A DNA stretch of 64,000 nt, from the sequence record DRR723986_6582; one strand, written 5' to 3'. Under the pieces are notes generated by a model. That model did no database searches, was not told where the DNA came from, and worked only from the letters and a program-made list of their open reading frames with translations. Below are positions 41,074 to 51,981 of the stretch, one piece after another. The translations under genes were made by a program, and so were the position numbers. Position 1 is the stretch's first letter. Each line of letters opens with the position of its first letter.

Positions 41074-41176
41074 CGCGAGCCTTTTCACCTTAACGCTGCC
41101 TCCTGCAAAAAAATATAGTCTGACAACCACTACTGTTACACTGTAAAAAAACAAGAATCTGCCGGCTATAACCACA

Positions 41177-42346
41177 ATGAACTTCAATGACTACCTCACC
41201 CTTCTCGCGAAAAATGGCGGCTCCGACTTATTTCTCAGCACCGGCGCTCCGCCGTGCGCGAAATTTCACGGAAAACTCAAACCTCTAGATAAAGACCCAT
41301 TTACACCGGGCGAGATCAGAGACATCGCCTACGAAATTATGGATGACGAGCAACAGAAAGAGTTTGACCAAGAACTCGAAATGAACCTTGCTTACGCCAT
41401 TCCTAAAGTTGGCCGTTTTCGCGTTAATATATTTAAACAACGCAACGAAATTTCGATAGTGGCTCGTAATATCGTCACCGATATTCCCAACGTCGACTCC
41501 CTCGGGCTCCCCTCTGTTTTGAAAGACGTCATTATGACAAAACGAGGCCTGGTGCTATTCGTTGGGGCAACGGGTTCTGGTAAATCGACGTCTCTGGCAG
41601 CACTTATTGATCACCGGAATACCAACAGCAGTGGTCATATAATTACCATCGAAGATCCGATTGAGTTCATACACCGGCACAAGCGCAGCATTGTTAATCA
41701 ACGCGAAATTGGTGTGGACACGCGCAGCTTTCACCACGCCCTGAAAAATACACTCCGGCAGGCACCTGATGTCATTTTAATAGGAGAAATCCGCGACCGT
41801 GAAACGATGGAACATGCCATTGCCTTTGCCGAAACAGGGCACTTGTGTATTTCCACACTGCATGCCAATAACGCCAACCAGGCACTCGACAGGATCATTA
41901 ACTTCTTTCCCGAAGAGCGCCGGAATCAATTACTGCTCGACCTCTCCCTCAACTTAAAGTGCTTTGTCTCCCAGCGTCTGATTCCCACCCTAGACGGCAA
42001 ACGCTGCGCTGCTATCGAGATATTATTGGGCACGCCAACCGTCGCCCAGGCTATTCACAAAGGCGAAGTCGAGTCGATCAAAGAGATCATGGCAAAATCA
42101 GAAAATCTGGGGATGCAAACCTTTGATGCCGCCCTGTTCAAGCTTTACGAGGAAGGGAAAATTTCTTTTGAGGATGCGTTGAAAAACGCTGATTCATCCA
42201 ACAACCTGCGTCTTCGGATTAAACTAGAAAGCAAACGTGGCCTCCCCGCCGGTGAAGACGAAATAGAGAAAAATACAAATGCAAAAAAGGCGGAAACCGC
42301 CTTTGATCTTCAGCTAGAAGACGATACTGGGGAACCAGACTCCTGA
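41177..42346 (+). CDS. pilU: PilT/PilU-family type IVa pilus ATPase (PilU-like)
   Basis: SDLFLSTGAPP, GRFRVNIF, GATGSGKSTSLAA, TIEDPIEF, LRQAPDVILIGEIRD.ETM, TLHANNANQALDRIINFFP, GMQTFD. Confidence 0.9.
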   Translation: MNFNDYLTLLAKNGGSDLFLSTGAPPCAKFHGKLKPLDKDPFTPGEIRDIAYEIMDDEQQKEFDQELEMNLAYAIPKVGRFRVNIFKQRNEISIVARNIVTDIPNVDSLGLPSVLKDVIMTKRGLVLFVGATGSGKSTSLAALIDHRNTNSSGHIITIEDPIEFIHRHKRSIVNQREIGVDTRSFHHALKNTLRQAPDVILIGEIRDRETMEHAIAFAETGHLCISTLHANNANQALDRIINFFPEERRNQLLLDLSLNLKCFVSQRLIPTLDGKRCAAIEILLGTPTVAQAIHKGEVESIKEIMAKSENLGMQTFDAALFKLYEEGKISFEDALKNADSSNNLRLRIKLESKRGLPAGEDEIEKNTNAKKAETAFDLQLEDDTGEPDS

Positions 42347-43431
42347 GTCTCAGAGGTCGAGAAACGCTCATTCCTGCCAGTTACCGCAGGCAGTGCATTG
42401 ACGACATACCCACACAGCATCCAAATTGCCCAGCTTGTGCACAACGAGAGATACCCATCAATTGCATAGTGCCAAGCTAGGCGTACAGATCCCACCAGAA
42501 TGATTAAAAGAAATATACCACCCATCAGCGCGACATACCGCCCGTAAGCTCTAGCCACAAAGAATATCAAACACGCAATTGAAACATGCATACTCGGCAT
42601 GGCAGATATGCCACCACCGACACCAATTTCACCACTTTGATATATACCCCATAGGACTTTTTGAGTATCTAGCGCCCAGATTGGGTACATCTGGTTAGCT
42701 GCCCACAAACTATCCATTAACCCTTGGTAAGGGTTAAGTTCACTTGGGTAGAGAAAGTTAAAAAAACCGGGCCCTGAAGACGCGAAGATCATTGCCAAAA
42801 AAGAGCCATTAATCGCCCAACATAATATAAATGCGAGGAAAAAACGTAGCCTTAGCGCCTCATTTTTGGCAAGGAACATAAACCAAAAAAGCACTGCAAA
42901 CATAACGAAAAACCAAAGGTTATAAATAACGTTGAGTGCAAAAGTCGCAAAAGCCCCCCCGACGATTGGCTCTAGTATTATCCAGGGGTCGACGCCGCCA
43001 TGCAGCCATCTATCTACCTCAATCAACTTTTGATCCCAGGAAAACGCCATCGATGGCAAGATCAGTGTTTTGAACGATGATATTGCGGAAAAAAACAACG
43101 TTATTGCTGGAAATAGCAATATGCCACGATAAAACACCGAAGTACTGCAACACTGACTAATGCGCCGAACCAAGGCTATTATCGGCCGAGGGGGACGCAC
43201 CACGATCATCAGGTAAAAGCCGTAACAGGCAACACTTAAACCAAACAGTATCGCCAATGCCCTAAGTGTAAGGGCTGGGTATATGAGGAGTGAAAAATTC
43301 TCTAGAAAACCCGTTTGATGAGCAACCAAAGTGGCCACTGCTATATAAATAGCAATGACCAGATAAATAGGAAAGTCTTGGATTGCAGCTGCGCGAAAGG
43401 CTTCGCTTATTCTCTGCTTCACCAATGGCAT
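42310..43431 (-). CDS. PAP2-superfamily multi-pass membrane enzyme (AUR1/IPC-synthase-like)
   Basis: Several TM segments; S.GP, ISAMPSMHV and WHYAIDG catalytic-type motifs. Confidence 0.8.
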   Translation of the reverse strand: MPLVKQRISEAFRAAAIQDFPIYLVIAIYIAVATLVAHQTGFLENFSLLIYPALTLRALAILFGLSVACYGFYLMIVVRPPRPIIALVRRISQCCSTSVFYRGILLFPAITLFFSAISSFKTLILPSMAFSWDQKLIEVDRWLHGGVDPWIILEPIVGGAFATFALNVIYNLWFFVMFAVLFWFMFLAKNEALRLRFFLAFILCWAINGSFLAMIFASSGPGFFNFLYPSELNPYQGLMDSLWAANQMYPIWALDTQKVLWGIYQSGEIGVGGGISAMPSMHVSIACLIFFVARAYGRYVALMGGIFLLIILVGSVRLAWHYAIDGYLSLCTSWAIWMLCGYVVNALPAVTGRNERFSTSETQESGSPVSSSS

Positions 43432-43583
43432 ACTTCCCCTCTTGTATTTCGCGTCTACTTACACCCCATGGGCTTATTGCAGCACAAGAAAAAGAGGAAC
43501 CCTATCGTTGAAAATACAGACTCCGCCAACATTATAGGGCAATAGCGCTGTAGGTGGGCTGCCAGATTCAAATCACCCTACTG

Positions 43584-44612
43584 CTACTGTTCGCTATCAG
43601 CGACCTCTTCCTTCTTGGCAGCTGGCTTCGGTAGCAGCTGCTCGCGAATGGCCGATTCAATTTCATTGGCGATTTCGGGGTTCTCACTCAAGAAGCGTGC
43701 AGCGTTCGCCTTACCCTGACCAATCTTGTCGCCCTTATAGGCATACCAGGCACCAGATTTATCAACTAAGCCCAGCTTGACGCCCAAGTCGATAACTTCA
43801 CCCATGCGGTAAATACCACGGCCATACATGATTTGAAATTCAGCTTGCTTAAAGGGCGGTGAAACCTTGTTTTTCACAACTTTAACGCGGGTTTCGTTAC
43901 CAACAACTTCATCGCCCTCCTTCACCGCGCCGGTGCGACGAATATCCATGCGAACTGACGCGTAGAATTTCAGGGCATTCCCGCCAGAGGTGGTTTCGGG
44001 GTTACCAAACATAACCCCAATCTTCATACGAATCTGGTTGATGAAAATCACCAGCGTATTGGTCTGCTTGATACTGCCGGTAAGCTTCCTCAGCGCCTGG
44101 GACATCAGTCTCGCTTGAAGGCCAACGTGAGAGTCACCCATGTCGCCCTCGATTTCAGCCTTCGGCACCAGCGCGGCGACCGAATCGATAACAATGACAT
44201 CGACAGAGCCGGACCTAACCAGCATATCGGTAATTTCCAGCGCTTGCTCCCCGGTGTCGGGCTGAGAAACCAGCAAATCTTCCAAGTTTACACCAAGCTT
44301 TTCGGCATACTGGGGGTCAAGAGCGTGCTCTGCGTCAACAATCGCCACTGTCTTGCCCAGCTTTTGCGCTTCAGCCATTACTTGCAAACACAGCGTGGTT
44401 TTACCCGAAGACTCAGGACCATATATCTCTACGATTCTTCCAAATGGCAGGCCACCGATCCCAAGGGCAACATCCAAACCCAATGAGCCGGTGGAAACAG
44501 AGGGCATAATTTCACGAGAGCTATCCCCCATTTTCATAATTGAGCCCTTACCAAACTGGCGCTCAATTTGCCCTAATGCCGACTCCAGAGCCTTCTGTTT
44601 GTTGGCGTCCAT
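43584..44612 (-). CDS. recA: recombinase RecA
   Basis: [42 protein letters not shown]. Confidence 0.99.
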   Translation of the reverse strand: MDANKQKALESALGQIERQFGKGSIMKMGDSSREIMPSVSTGSLGLDVALGIGGLPFGRIVEIYGPESSGKTTLCLQVMAEAQKLGKTVAIVDAEHALDPQYAEKLGVNLEDLLVSQPDTGEQALEITDMLVRSGSVDVIVIDSVAALVPKAEIEGDMGDSHVGLQARLMSQALRKLTGSIKQTNTLVIFINQIRMKIGVMFGNPETTSGGNALKFYASVRMDIRRTGAVKEGDEVVGNETRVKVVKNKVSPPFKQAEFQIMYGRGIYRMGEVIDLGVKLGLVDKSGAWYAYKGDKIGQGKANAARFLSENPEIANEIESAIREQLLPKPAAKKEEVADSEQ

Positions 44613-44675
44613 AGTTTCTCACCCTTCTTCATGTCGCTAGTGGTCTCAACCACACTTGCGAGGCCGCTGACTAAT

Positions 44676-44695
44676 TACTGTATATATACTCAGTA
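44676..44695. promoter_or_regulatory. LexA (SOS) box upstream of recA
   Basis: TACTGTATATATACTCAGTA matches the gammaproteobacterial CTG-N10-CAG consensus, about 65 bp upstream of the recA start. Confidence 0.92.
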
Positions 44696-44834
44696 TTATA
44701 TGAGGCGTTGTCAATCCCTGCTGAAAAAAAGTCCTGCTCGCGACGCTGGCGACACAACGAGGCATTCCGTAAACTTCTCGCTTTTCCCCAGCAAAGTGAC
44801 GAGCGGAGTTTTCCCTCGGGTTCGGAGAGTGATT

Positions 44835-47399
44835 ATGAATGCAGGCATCGACCTGGCCCAGCACACGCCAATGATGCAGCAATACCTGAAAATTAAGGCG
44901 CAACATCCACAGGAATTACTATTTTACCGGATGGGCGACTTTTATGAGCTCTTTTTCGATGACGCAAAACGCGCTTCCGACTTGCTGGATATCACCCTCA
45001 CCGCCCGCGGAAAATCCGGCGGAAACCCAATTCCCATGTGCGGCGTTCCCTATCACGCCGCGGAAGGCTACCTCGCTCGCCTGGTAAAATATGGCGTTTC
45101 CGTCGCAATTTGCGAGCAAGTCGGTGACCCCGCCACCAGCAAAGGCCCGGTGGAAAGAAAGGTCGCGCGCATTGTCACCCCCGGAACACTGAGCGATGAG
45201 GCGCTGCTCGATGAACGCCGCGACAATTTACTTGTCGCCTGTTGCCGACAAGAAAATACCTTCGGGCTAGCCGTTCTCGATATGAGCAGCGGCCGCTTCA
45301 GCGTATCAGAGTTAACAAATGAGCCAGCCTTGCTAAGCGAGTTGCAACGGCTGCGCCCAGCCGAGCTACTAATACCCGAAGATTTTGGCGGCGAGTGGTT
45401 GCCAGATTTACCCGGTAGGCGTGCCCTTCCGCCTTGGGACTTCGATAGCGAAAGTGCGCTGCGACTGTTGTGTAGCCACTTCCAGGTTCAAGACCTCGCC
45501 GGCTTCGGCTGTGACAACCTGCCCGTCGCAACAGCGGCTGCCGGCTGCTTATTGCAATACGTCAAAGATACGCAGCGCTGCGAATTGCCCCACATTCGAC
45601 GACTCCAGCACGATGCATGCGAGCGGGCTGTCGCCATGGACGCCGCCACCCGCCGCAACCTCGAGCTTGATACAAATCTCGGCGGCGGTACCGACAACAC
45701 CCTCGCCTCCGTGATTGATCGCTGCCAGACAGCGATGGGCAGCCGACTTCTCAAACGCTGGCTTCATCGCCCGCTGCGTGACCGAGCAGTATTAGAGGCT
45801 AGGCGAAACAGTATCGCAGCGCTGATTCAGGATTATCACTTTGAATCCATTCGCGAACAGCTAAAAGCCATTGGCGACCTGGAAAGAATTTTGGCGCGTG
45901 TTGCGCTGCGTTCGGCCCGCCCCCGGGATATTTCTCGCCTGCAGAGCTCCCTTGCCATTTTGCCGCCCCTGCAGCAACTTTTAGCGGCAATTCCCACGGA
46001 ACATATTCGTGGGATTGCAACAGATATCAGTACCTTCCCGACACTCGCTGAACTGCTACAAACCGCCATTATCGACAATCCGCCTATGGTCATTCGGGAC
46101 GGCGGCGTCATTGCACCGGGCTATGATGCCGAGCTGGATGAACTGCGAAGCCTGAGCAGTGATGCTGGCGAATTTTTGGTGGCAATGGAGCAGCGCGAAA
46201 AAGAGCGGACCGGACTCAGCAGTTTAAAGGTCGGCTATAACCGTGTGCACGGCTATTACATAGAAATCAGCCGTACACAGGCGGAAAATGCTCCAACAGA
46301 ATATATTCGTAGGCAAACCTTAAAAAATGCCGAACGCTTTATCACGCCGGAACTCAAAGAGTTCGAGGACCGCGCACTCAGCAGTAAAAGCCGCGCACTG
46401 GCGCGAGAAAAAGCGCTCTACGAAGCATTACTGGATCGTTTGAATGAGCATCTAGGTGCCCTACAGCTCTCGGCACACGCACTGTGCGAATTAGATGTGT
46501 TAAGCAACCTCGCAGAACGCGCCGTACAACTGGACTTCTGTGAACCGGAGTTTACCGACAATGGTTGCATCGATATCGAACAGGGGCGTCACCCCGTGGT
46601 CGAGAGCGTTCTAGACGAACCCTTCATCGCCAACGACCTCAACCTGGATCGCCGTCGCAGAACCCTCATCATTACCGGCCCGAATATGGGCGGTAAATCG
46701 ACCTATATGCGCCAGACCGCGCTGATTGTTCTGCTGGCCCATATCGGCAGCTTTGTTCCGGCGAAGCGCGCCAAGCTAAGTGTCGTTGACCAAATCTTCA
46801 CTCGCATCGGCTCCTCAGACGACCTGGCCGGCGGTCGCTCGACCTTTATGGTGGAAATGACCGAGACGGCAAATATTCTCCACAACGCCACCCAAAACAG
46901 CCTGGTGTTAATGGATGAAATTGGTCGCGGTACCAGCACCTTTGACGGCCTCTCGCTCGCCTGGGCCAGCGCTATTGAACTCGCGGACAAGGTCAAGGCC
47001 TTTACCCTGTTTGCCACCCACTACTTTGAATTAACGGTACTGCCCGAAACCTACCCCTGCGCGGCCAATGTCCACCTAGGTGTGCGGGAATTCAAAGACC
47101 ATGTCGTCTTCTTGCACCGACTTGAAGAGGGGCCAGCTAATCGAAGTTATGGCCTACAAGTGGCAAAACTTGCCGGAATGCCCGAAAAAGTCATCTCGGC
47201 CGCTCGCAGTAAACTCAATGAGCTGGAACAACAGGCGATCGCTCCGGTGATAAAAACCAGTGGCCCGCAAGCGGATTTGTTTGCCAGCCCCACCCTCTCA
47301 GCGGTCGACGAGGCACTGGCGGACATAGACCCCGATGCGCTGACTCCCCGCCAAGCCCTGGAAGCCCTCTATCACCTCAAAGAATTGGGTGATAAGTGA
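44835..47399 (+). CDS. mutS: DNA mismatch repair protein MutS
   Basis: [48 protein letters not shown]; start moved to ATG 44835. Confidence 0.98.
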   Translation: MNAGIDLAQHTPMMQQYLKIKAQHPQELLFYRMGDFYELFFDDAKRASDLLDITLTARGKSGGNPIPMCGVPYHAAEGYLARLVKYGVSVAICEQVGDPATSKGPVERKVARIVTPGTLSDEALLDERRDNLLVACCRQENTFGLAVLDMSSGRFSVSELTNEPALLSELQRLRPAELLIPEDFGGEWLPDLPGRRALPPWDFDSESALRLLCSHFQVQDLAGFGCDNLPVATAAAGCLLQYVKDTQRCELPHIRRLQHDACERAVAMDAATRRNLELDTNLGGGTDNTLASVIDRCQTAMGSRLLKRWLHRPLRDRAVLEARRNSIAALIQDYHFESIREQLKAIGDLERILARVALRSARPRDISRLQSSLAILPPLQQLLAAIPTEHIRGIATDISTFPTLAELLQTAIIDNPPMVIRDGGVIAPGYDAELDELRSLSSDAGEFLVAMEQREKERTGLSSLKVGYNRVHGYYIEISRTQAENAPTEYIRRQTLKNAERFITPELKEFEDRALSSKSRALAREKALYEALLDRLNEHLGALQLSAHALCELDVLSNLAERAVQLDFCEPEFTDNGCIDIEQGRHPVVESVLDEPFIANDLNLDRRRRTLIITGPNMGGKSTYMRQTALIVLLAHIGSFVPAKRAKLSVVDQIFTRIGSSDDLAGGRSTFMVEMTETANILHNATQNSLVLMDEIGRGTSTFDGLSLAWASAIELADKVKAFTLFATHYFELTVLPETYPCAANVHLGVREFKDHVVFLHRLEEGPANRSYGLQVAKLAGMPEKVISAARSKLNELEQQAIAPVIKTSGPQADLFASPTLSAVDEALADIDPDALTPRQALEALYHLKELGDK

Positions 47400-47534
47400 T
47401 CAATATTGGCTCATCAGTAAAACAAATTATGTACACCTAAATTATTGTTAAGGCTGACGCTGTACCGATATTTTTTCCTGGTGTTACAATGCGCGCTTGC
47501 CGATTCACAGTCAGAGAGTAAGGGGCTGACCAAA

Positions 47535-47858
47535 ATGACTTTTGTTGTAGGTGAAAATTGCATCAAGTGTAAGCACACAGACTGTGTGGAAGTATGTCCT
47601 GTTGACTGTTTTTACGAAGGCCCGAACTTTCTGGTTATTCACCCAGATGAGTGCATCGATTGCGCACTGTGTGAGCCCGAGTGCCCGGTAGAAGCCATTT
47701 TCTCGGAAGATGAACTCCCAGATGATCAACAAGTATTCCTCGAGCTGAATGCCGAGCTCGCAGAGGTTTGGCCGAATATCACAGAAATGAAAGATGCTCC
47801 GGCCGACGCAGAAGAATGGGCAGGAAAGCCTGACAAACTCCAGTACTTAGAGAGATAA
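47535..47858 (+). CDS. fdxA: 7Fe ferredoxin FdxA
   Basis: [36 protein letters not shown]; follows mutS as in Pseudomonas/Azotobacter. Confidence 0.97.
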   Translation: MTFVVGENCIKCKHTDCVEVCPVDCFYEGPNFLVIHPDECIDCALCEPECPVEAIFSEDELPDDQQVFLELNAELAEVWPNITEMKDAPADAEEWAGKPDKLQYLER

Positions 47859-47877
47859 TCACTCTTTGTCTGCTGCG

Positions 47878-47906
47878 AAAAAGCCCGCTCAATGCGGGTT
47901 TTTTTA
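47878..47906 (+). terminator. rho-independent terminator after fdxA
   Basis: AAAAAGCCCGC-TCAAT-GCGGGTTTTTTT hairpin with a T-tract. Confidence 0.85.
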
Positions 47907-48104
47907 TGCCTGACTCCCGCCCATATTCCTCAGCCTCACCAACGACAAGGGAACAAAGTCGCTGAATTTGCGTCACAGCTACACCATGTCACGACATGGC
48001 CAATGCAAAAGAGCTAGCGACAGAAAGACCCATCGTCAGCGTTTGCACAGCGAGGCGCAAGGAACATCGACGCCCGAAACCTAACAACTATGGAGCGTAT
48101 TCAT

Positions 48105-48332
48105 ATGAAGAAATTCACGTCATTCTTTGATCATGTTTTTCTCGGACGAGGCATCTTAATGGTTGCGATAACACTCGGTGGCACAGCTGCTTTAACGGCG
48201 TGCGACCGCAACGAGGGCCCTGTTGAAGAAGCGGCTGAAAGCGTTGATGAAAGCTTTGAAAGCGCCAGAGATTCCTATCAAGAGGGCGTGGAAGAGGTTA
48301 AAGACGAATACGACGATCACACCACTGAATAA
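48105..48332 (+). CDS. small acidic lipoprotein
   Basis: Lipobox LTAC followed by EGPVEEAAESVDE; GGAG RBS upstream of ATG 48105. Confidence 0.72.
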   Translation: MKKFTSFFDHVFLGRGILMVAITLGGTAALTACDRNEGPVEEAAESVDESFESARDSYQEGVEEVKDEYDDHTTE

Positions 48333-48345
48333 GCCCCTCGCCGGA

Positions 48346-48370
48346 GAAAGGTCAGCCCTGCTGACCTTTC
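48346..48370 (+). terminator. hairpin, probable terminator
   Basis: Perfect 11-bp stem GAAAGGTCAGC/GCTGACCTTTC 13 bp after the lipoprotein stop; T-tract is weak. Confidence 0.55.
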
Positions 48371-48451
48371 ATATCTTGCCTTTTAGCTTTTGACAGCGCC
48401 CCTACACTCTCGCTTTAATTAGCGTTTTCAAGCCAACCGAATAGGACTCCC

Positions 48452-50179
48452 TTGGACGCTGCCAGCATCAACACCCTTTTTCTGATCGGCGCCAGCCTCG
48501 TCGCAGCCAGCATCCTCGTTAGCTCCGTTTCCTCACGGCTGGGCATTCCTATTCTTCTCATCTTTTTAGGTGTCGGCATGCTCGCGGGCGAAGAAGGCCC
48601 GGGAGGTATTCGCTTCGACAACTTTTCAACCGCCTACCTCATTAGCAATCTTGCCCTGGCGGTTATCCTCCTTGATGGCGGCATGCGCACGCGAATAAGC
48701 AGTTTTAGGGTTGCACTGTGGCCCGCCCTGTCACTCGCCACCTTTGGTGTTGTGATTACCGCAGCGCTCACCGGCTGGATCGCCACACTGCTTTTCCCTC
48801 TCACCTGGATGGAGGGCCTGCTAATAGGTGCCATCGTCGGCTCCACCGATGCTGCAGCCGTTTTCTCGCTATTAGGCGGTAAGGGCCTCAATGAGCGGGT
48901 TGGCGCCACCCTGGAAATAGAGTCGGGCAGCAACGACCCGATGGCGATGTTCCTGACGATCAGTCTTATTGAATTACTGCGCAGCGCCCAACCACTCTCA
49001 TTTTCACTGGCGGTGGATTTACTGTGGCAGTTTGGCTTAGGAATCGGCCTGGGTGTCGGCGGCGGCTACCTGCTGTGGCGCTTAATCAATAAAATGGAAC
49101 TCGCCAGTGGCCTCTATCCCCTGCTGGCTGTTAGCGGCGGCCTGGTTATCTATGCCCTCACCACCGCAGCTGGCGGCAGCGGTATTCTCGCTATTTACCT
49201 GTGTGGTTTGGTGCTAGGGAATCGCCCGGTGCGCAACCGCCACGGTATTTTGCATATGTTTGACGGCTTGGCCTGGCTCAGCCAAATCGCGATGTTCTTG
49301 GTGTTGGGACTATTAATTACCCCTAGCGAGTTATTTGCAGTGACCCTGCCTGCCCTCGCACTGGCATTGTGGATGATCTTCTTTGCACGGCCGCTCGCCG
49401 TATTCACCAGCCTATTGCCCTTCAGGAGCTTTGCCCTGCGTGAACGGGCCTTCATAGCCTGGGTTGGGCTACGCGGCGCGGTACCCATTATCCTGGCGAT
49501 ATTCCCGATGATGGCAGGCCTGGAAGACGCCCAACTCTACTTCAATGTCGCCTTTTTTATTGTTTTAGTATCGCTGTTATTCCAGGGAAGCAGCCTGAGC
49601 TGGGCGGCGCGACGCGCCGATGTCGTCGTGCCCGCGACGCCGGCCCCGGTTTCGCGCGTTGGCCTTGAGGTACATATCGCCAGTCAATGGGAGCTCTTCG
49701 TCTACACCCTGGCTGCGGACAAGTGGTATATCGGTCGGCCATTAAAGCAGCTGCACATGCCCGAGAATACCCGGATCGCGGCGTTATTCCGCGACCGACA
49801 GCTCCTCCACCCAAGTGGCAGTACGCTGCTCCTCAGCGGAGATATTCTCTGTGTCATCGCACACGATGCAGATCTGCCTGCCCTTGGAAAGCTGTTTAGC
49901 GAGGCGCCAACGCAAGGCTTGGATATGCGCTTCTTCGGCGACTTTATTCTTCAAGCAGATGCGCGCTTAGCCGATATTGCCCAGCTCTATAACTTGAAAG
50001 TCAGCGAGAAGCATGCCGGCCTCACCCTCGCGCAATTTTTATCTCGGCGATTATCCAGCAAACCGGTGTTGGGCGACCACATTCGATGGCAGAACATGAT
50101 CTGGACGGTCGCCGAGATGAAAGGCAAACGCATCAGCAAAATAGGCTTGCGCAGCGACTCAACCGAGGGCTTGCCCTAG
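48452..50179 (+). CDS. cvrA: potassium/proton antiporter (CvrA/NhaP2)
   Basis: [49 protein letters not shown]; TrkA-C and CorC-like tail. Confidence 0.92.
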   Translation: MDAASINTLFLIGASLVAASILVSSVSSRLGIPILLIFLGVGMLAGEEGPGGIRFDNFSTAYLISNLALAVILLDGGMRTRISSFRVALWPALSLATFGVVITAALTGWIATLLFPLTWMEGLLIGAIVGSTDAAAVFSLLGGKGLNERVGATLEIESGSNDPMAMFLTISLIELLRSAQPLSFSLAVDLLWQFGLGIGLGVGGGYLLWRLINKMELASGLYPLLAVSGGLVIYALTTAAGGSGILAIYLCGLVLGNRPVRNRHGILHMFDGLAWLSQIAMFLVLGLLITPSELFAVTLPALALALWMIFFARPLAVFTSLLPFRSFALRERAFIAWVGLRGAVPIILAIFPMMAGLEDAQLYFNVAFFIVLVSLLFQGSSLSWAARRADVVVPATPAPVSRVGLEVHIASQWELFVYTLAADKWYIGRPLKQLHMPENTRIAALFRDRQLLHPSGSTLLLSGDILCVIAHDADLPALGKLFSEAPTQGLDMRFFGDFILQADARLADIAQLYNLKVSEKHAGLTLAQFLSRRLSSKPVLGDHIRWQNMIWTVAEMKGKRISKIGLRSDSTEGLP

Positions 50180-50264
50180 GGCTCCTTTACGCTAGTTACG
50201 TTACGCCCGCTGCGGCTAAAAATTGCCACCCCAGCAAGTGCAATTCAATGAGTGTGAGCGGGCC

Positions 50265-51056
50265 CTAGAATAGGGATTTCATCGTACCGCCATCAACCAC
50301 CAACGATGAGCCAGTGATGTAACTGGCCGCATCCGACAGCAGAAATGCACCGGCGCGACCGAACTCCTCCGGCTCACCGTAACGCCCGAGCGGAATCAAC
50401 GCCTCATTGGCGGCCCGTTGCTGCTCCACCGCGACTTCTCTCATCTGCGCCTGATTGGCATCCAGCGACTTTATACGGTCTGTATAGATTATCCCTGGAA
50501 TCAAATTGTTAACGCGGATTTGGTCAGCAGCCAGGGAACGACTCAGACTCTTTGCCAAACTACTGACGCCCGAACGCATCACATTAGACAACAAGAGAAA
50601 ATCGATCGGCTCTTTTACCGATGACGACGTCAGCATCAAAATTGCTCCCCCGCCCGCACTGCGCAGGTGAGGAAGGGTTTCCCTCACTAGGCGCACCGCG
50701 CTCATCAGGGTTAAGTTGAATGCACTTTGCCAGTCATCATCGGTAAACGCGTCAAAGCCCCCGGGAGGTGGTCCACCAGCATTGACCAAGACCCCATTCA
50801 CCTCACCAAACTCCTCCACGCCTCGAGCCACCCAAGCGCGAATGCTCTCTGCATCAGCCATATCCAGGCCCGCGCCCACAACGCGGGTGCCGTAACGTTC
50901 CGCTAGCTGGGCTGCCGATGCCTGCGTTCGCTGCACATCGCGACTACCCAATAGCAGCGTTGCTCCGGCCTGGGCCAGGTTCTCAGCGATGGCATAGCCC
51001 AACCCTTTACTGGCACCCGCCAACAAAAAGACCTTCCCGTTCACACCTAAGTCCAT
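50265..51056 (-). CDS. SDR-family oxidoreductase
   Basis: GASKGLG, NAGGPP, IRVNNL.PG...TDR, YITG..L.VDGG; start moved to ATG 51056. Confidence 0.9.
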   Translation of the reverse strand: MDLGVNGKVFLLAGASKGLGYAIAENLAQAGATLLLGSRDVQRTQASAAQLAERYGTRVVGAGLDMADAESIRAWVARGVEEFGEVNGVLVNAGGPPPGGFDAFTDDDWQSAFNLTLMSAVRLVRETLPHLRSAGGGAILMLTSSSVKEPIDFLLLSNVMRSGVSSLAKSLSRSLAADQIRVNNLIPGIIYTDRIKSLDANQAQMREVAVEQQRAANEALIPLGRYGEPEEFGRAGAFLLSDAASYITGSSLVVDGGTMKSLF

Positions 51057-51290
51057 TTCCTCTCTCCTGAAACATGACACCGCAACAGCGCCCACCCACG
51101 CCATAGCGGCCTGAATTGCATCTAAACACCGACAATACCGGCCGTTAAATTATCGAAGTCGGCCACGAAAACCGCCGAATTTCGGGCTTTGTCACGGTTT
51201 TGGGGCAAAAATCGCATTTTCGTGAAAAAAAGATGACAAGCCCACTCCCAGCTGTCAACATTGCTGTCGCATCAGCATAGAAGTGACCTT

Positions 51291-51974
51291 ATGGCCAGCA
51301 ATACATCCTCCAGTTATCACCACGGCAATCTCCGTCAAGAGCTGATGGAGCTTGCAGAAAAACACTTGGTCGAGGGCGGCGTCCGCGACCTGAGCTTGCG
51401 TGCCCTCGCCCGCGAAATCGGCGTATCGCAAACCGCTCCCTATCGCCACTTTCGCGACAAAAATGCGCTACTCGCGGCTCTCGCAACAGAGGGCTTTAAA
51501 CGCTTTTTTGAAATGGGGCGCCCCAGTGAAGAAGAGCCCCGGGCGGACAAAAGCTTACTCTATTTTGGCTTGGCCTATGTAAAGTTTGCCCGAGAGCACA
51601 CTGAACTATTTCATCTGATGTTCGGCCCGGCCCTACAACCTCGTAACCAATACCCCGAATTGTTTGCGGCCGGCCGCGAGGCGATCTATAAAGTGCGCGC
51701 GGGTGTGGAGCGTGGTCTCGCCAACGGCGAACTTCGCCCCTTAGACAACGTTGCATCTATTGCCCACACGGTTTGGGCAGCCGTGCACGGCGTGACCACA
51801 CTGATGCTGGACCACGCGGACACCTATGGCTACCACCGCGACTTGCACCTTCAAGCTGAAAAATCTATGCGCATGATGATCGCAGGCCTCTGCACGGACC
51901 CGAGCTACATCTCGACACTGCCTGACGAGTCGACGCACTACCCTCCAGAGTCGGCGCAGAAGGCTTCGGCATAG
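51291..51974 (+). CDS. TetR/AcrR-family transcriptional regulator
   Basis: YHHGNLR, LSLRALAREIGVSQTAPYRHF HTH, WAAVHG. Confidence 0.92.
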   Translation: MASNTSSSYHHGNLRQELMELAEKHLVEGGVRDLSLRALAREIGVSQTAPYRHFRDKNALLAALATEGFKRFFEMGRPSEEEPRADKSLLYFGLAYVKFAREHTELFHLMFGPALQPRNQYPELFAAGREAIYKVRAGVERGLANGELRPLDNVASIAHTVWAAVHGVTTLMLDHADTYGYHRDLHLQAEKSMRMMIAGLCTDPSYISTLPDESTHYPPESAQKASA

Positions 51975-51981
51975 CTTTCCA

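Noticed and set aside
47907-48089. Possible RsmZ-like sRNA next to fdxA
   Set aside because: Lacks the dense array of GGA-loop hairpins expected on either strand
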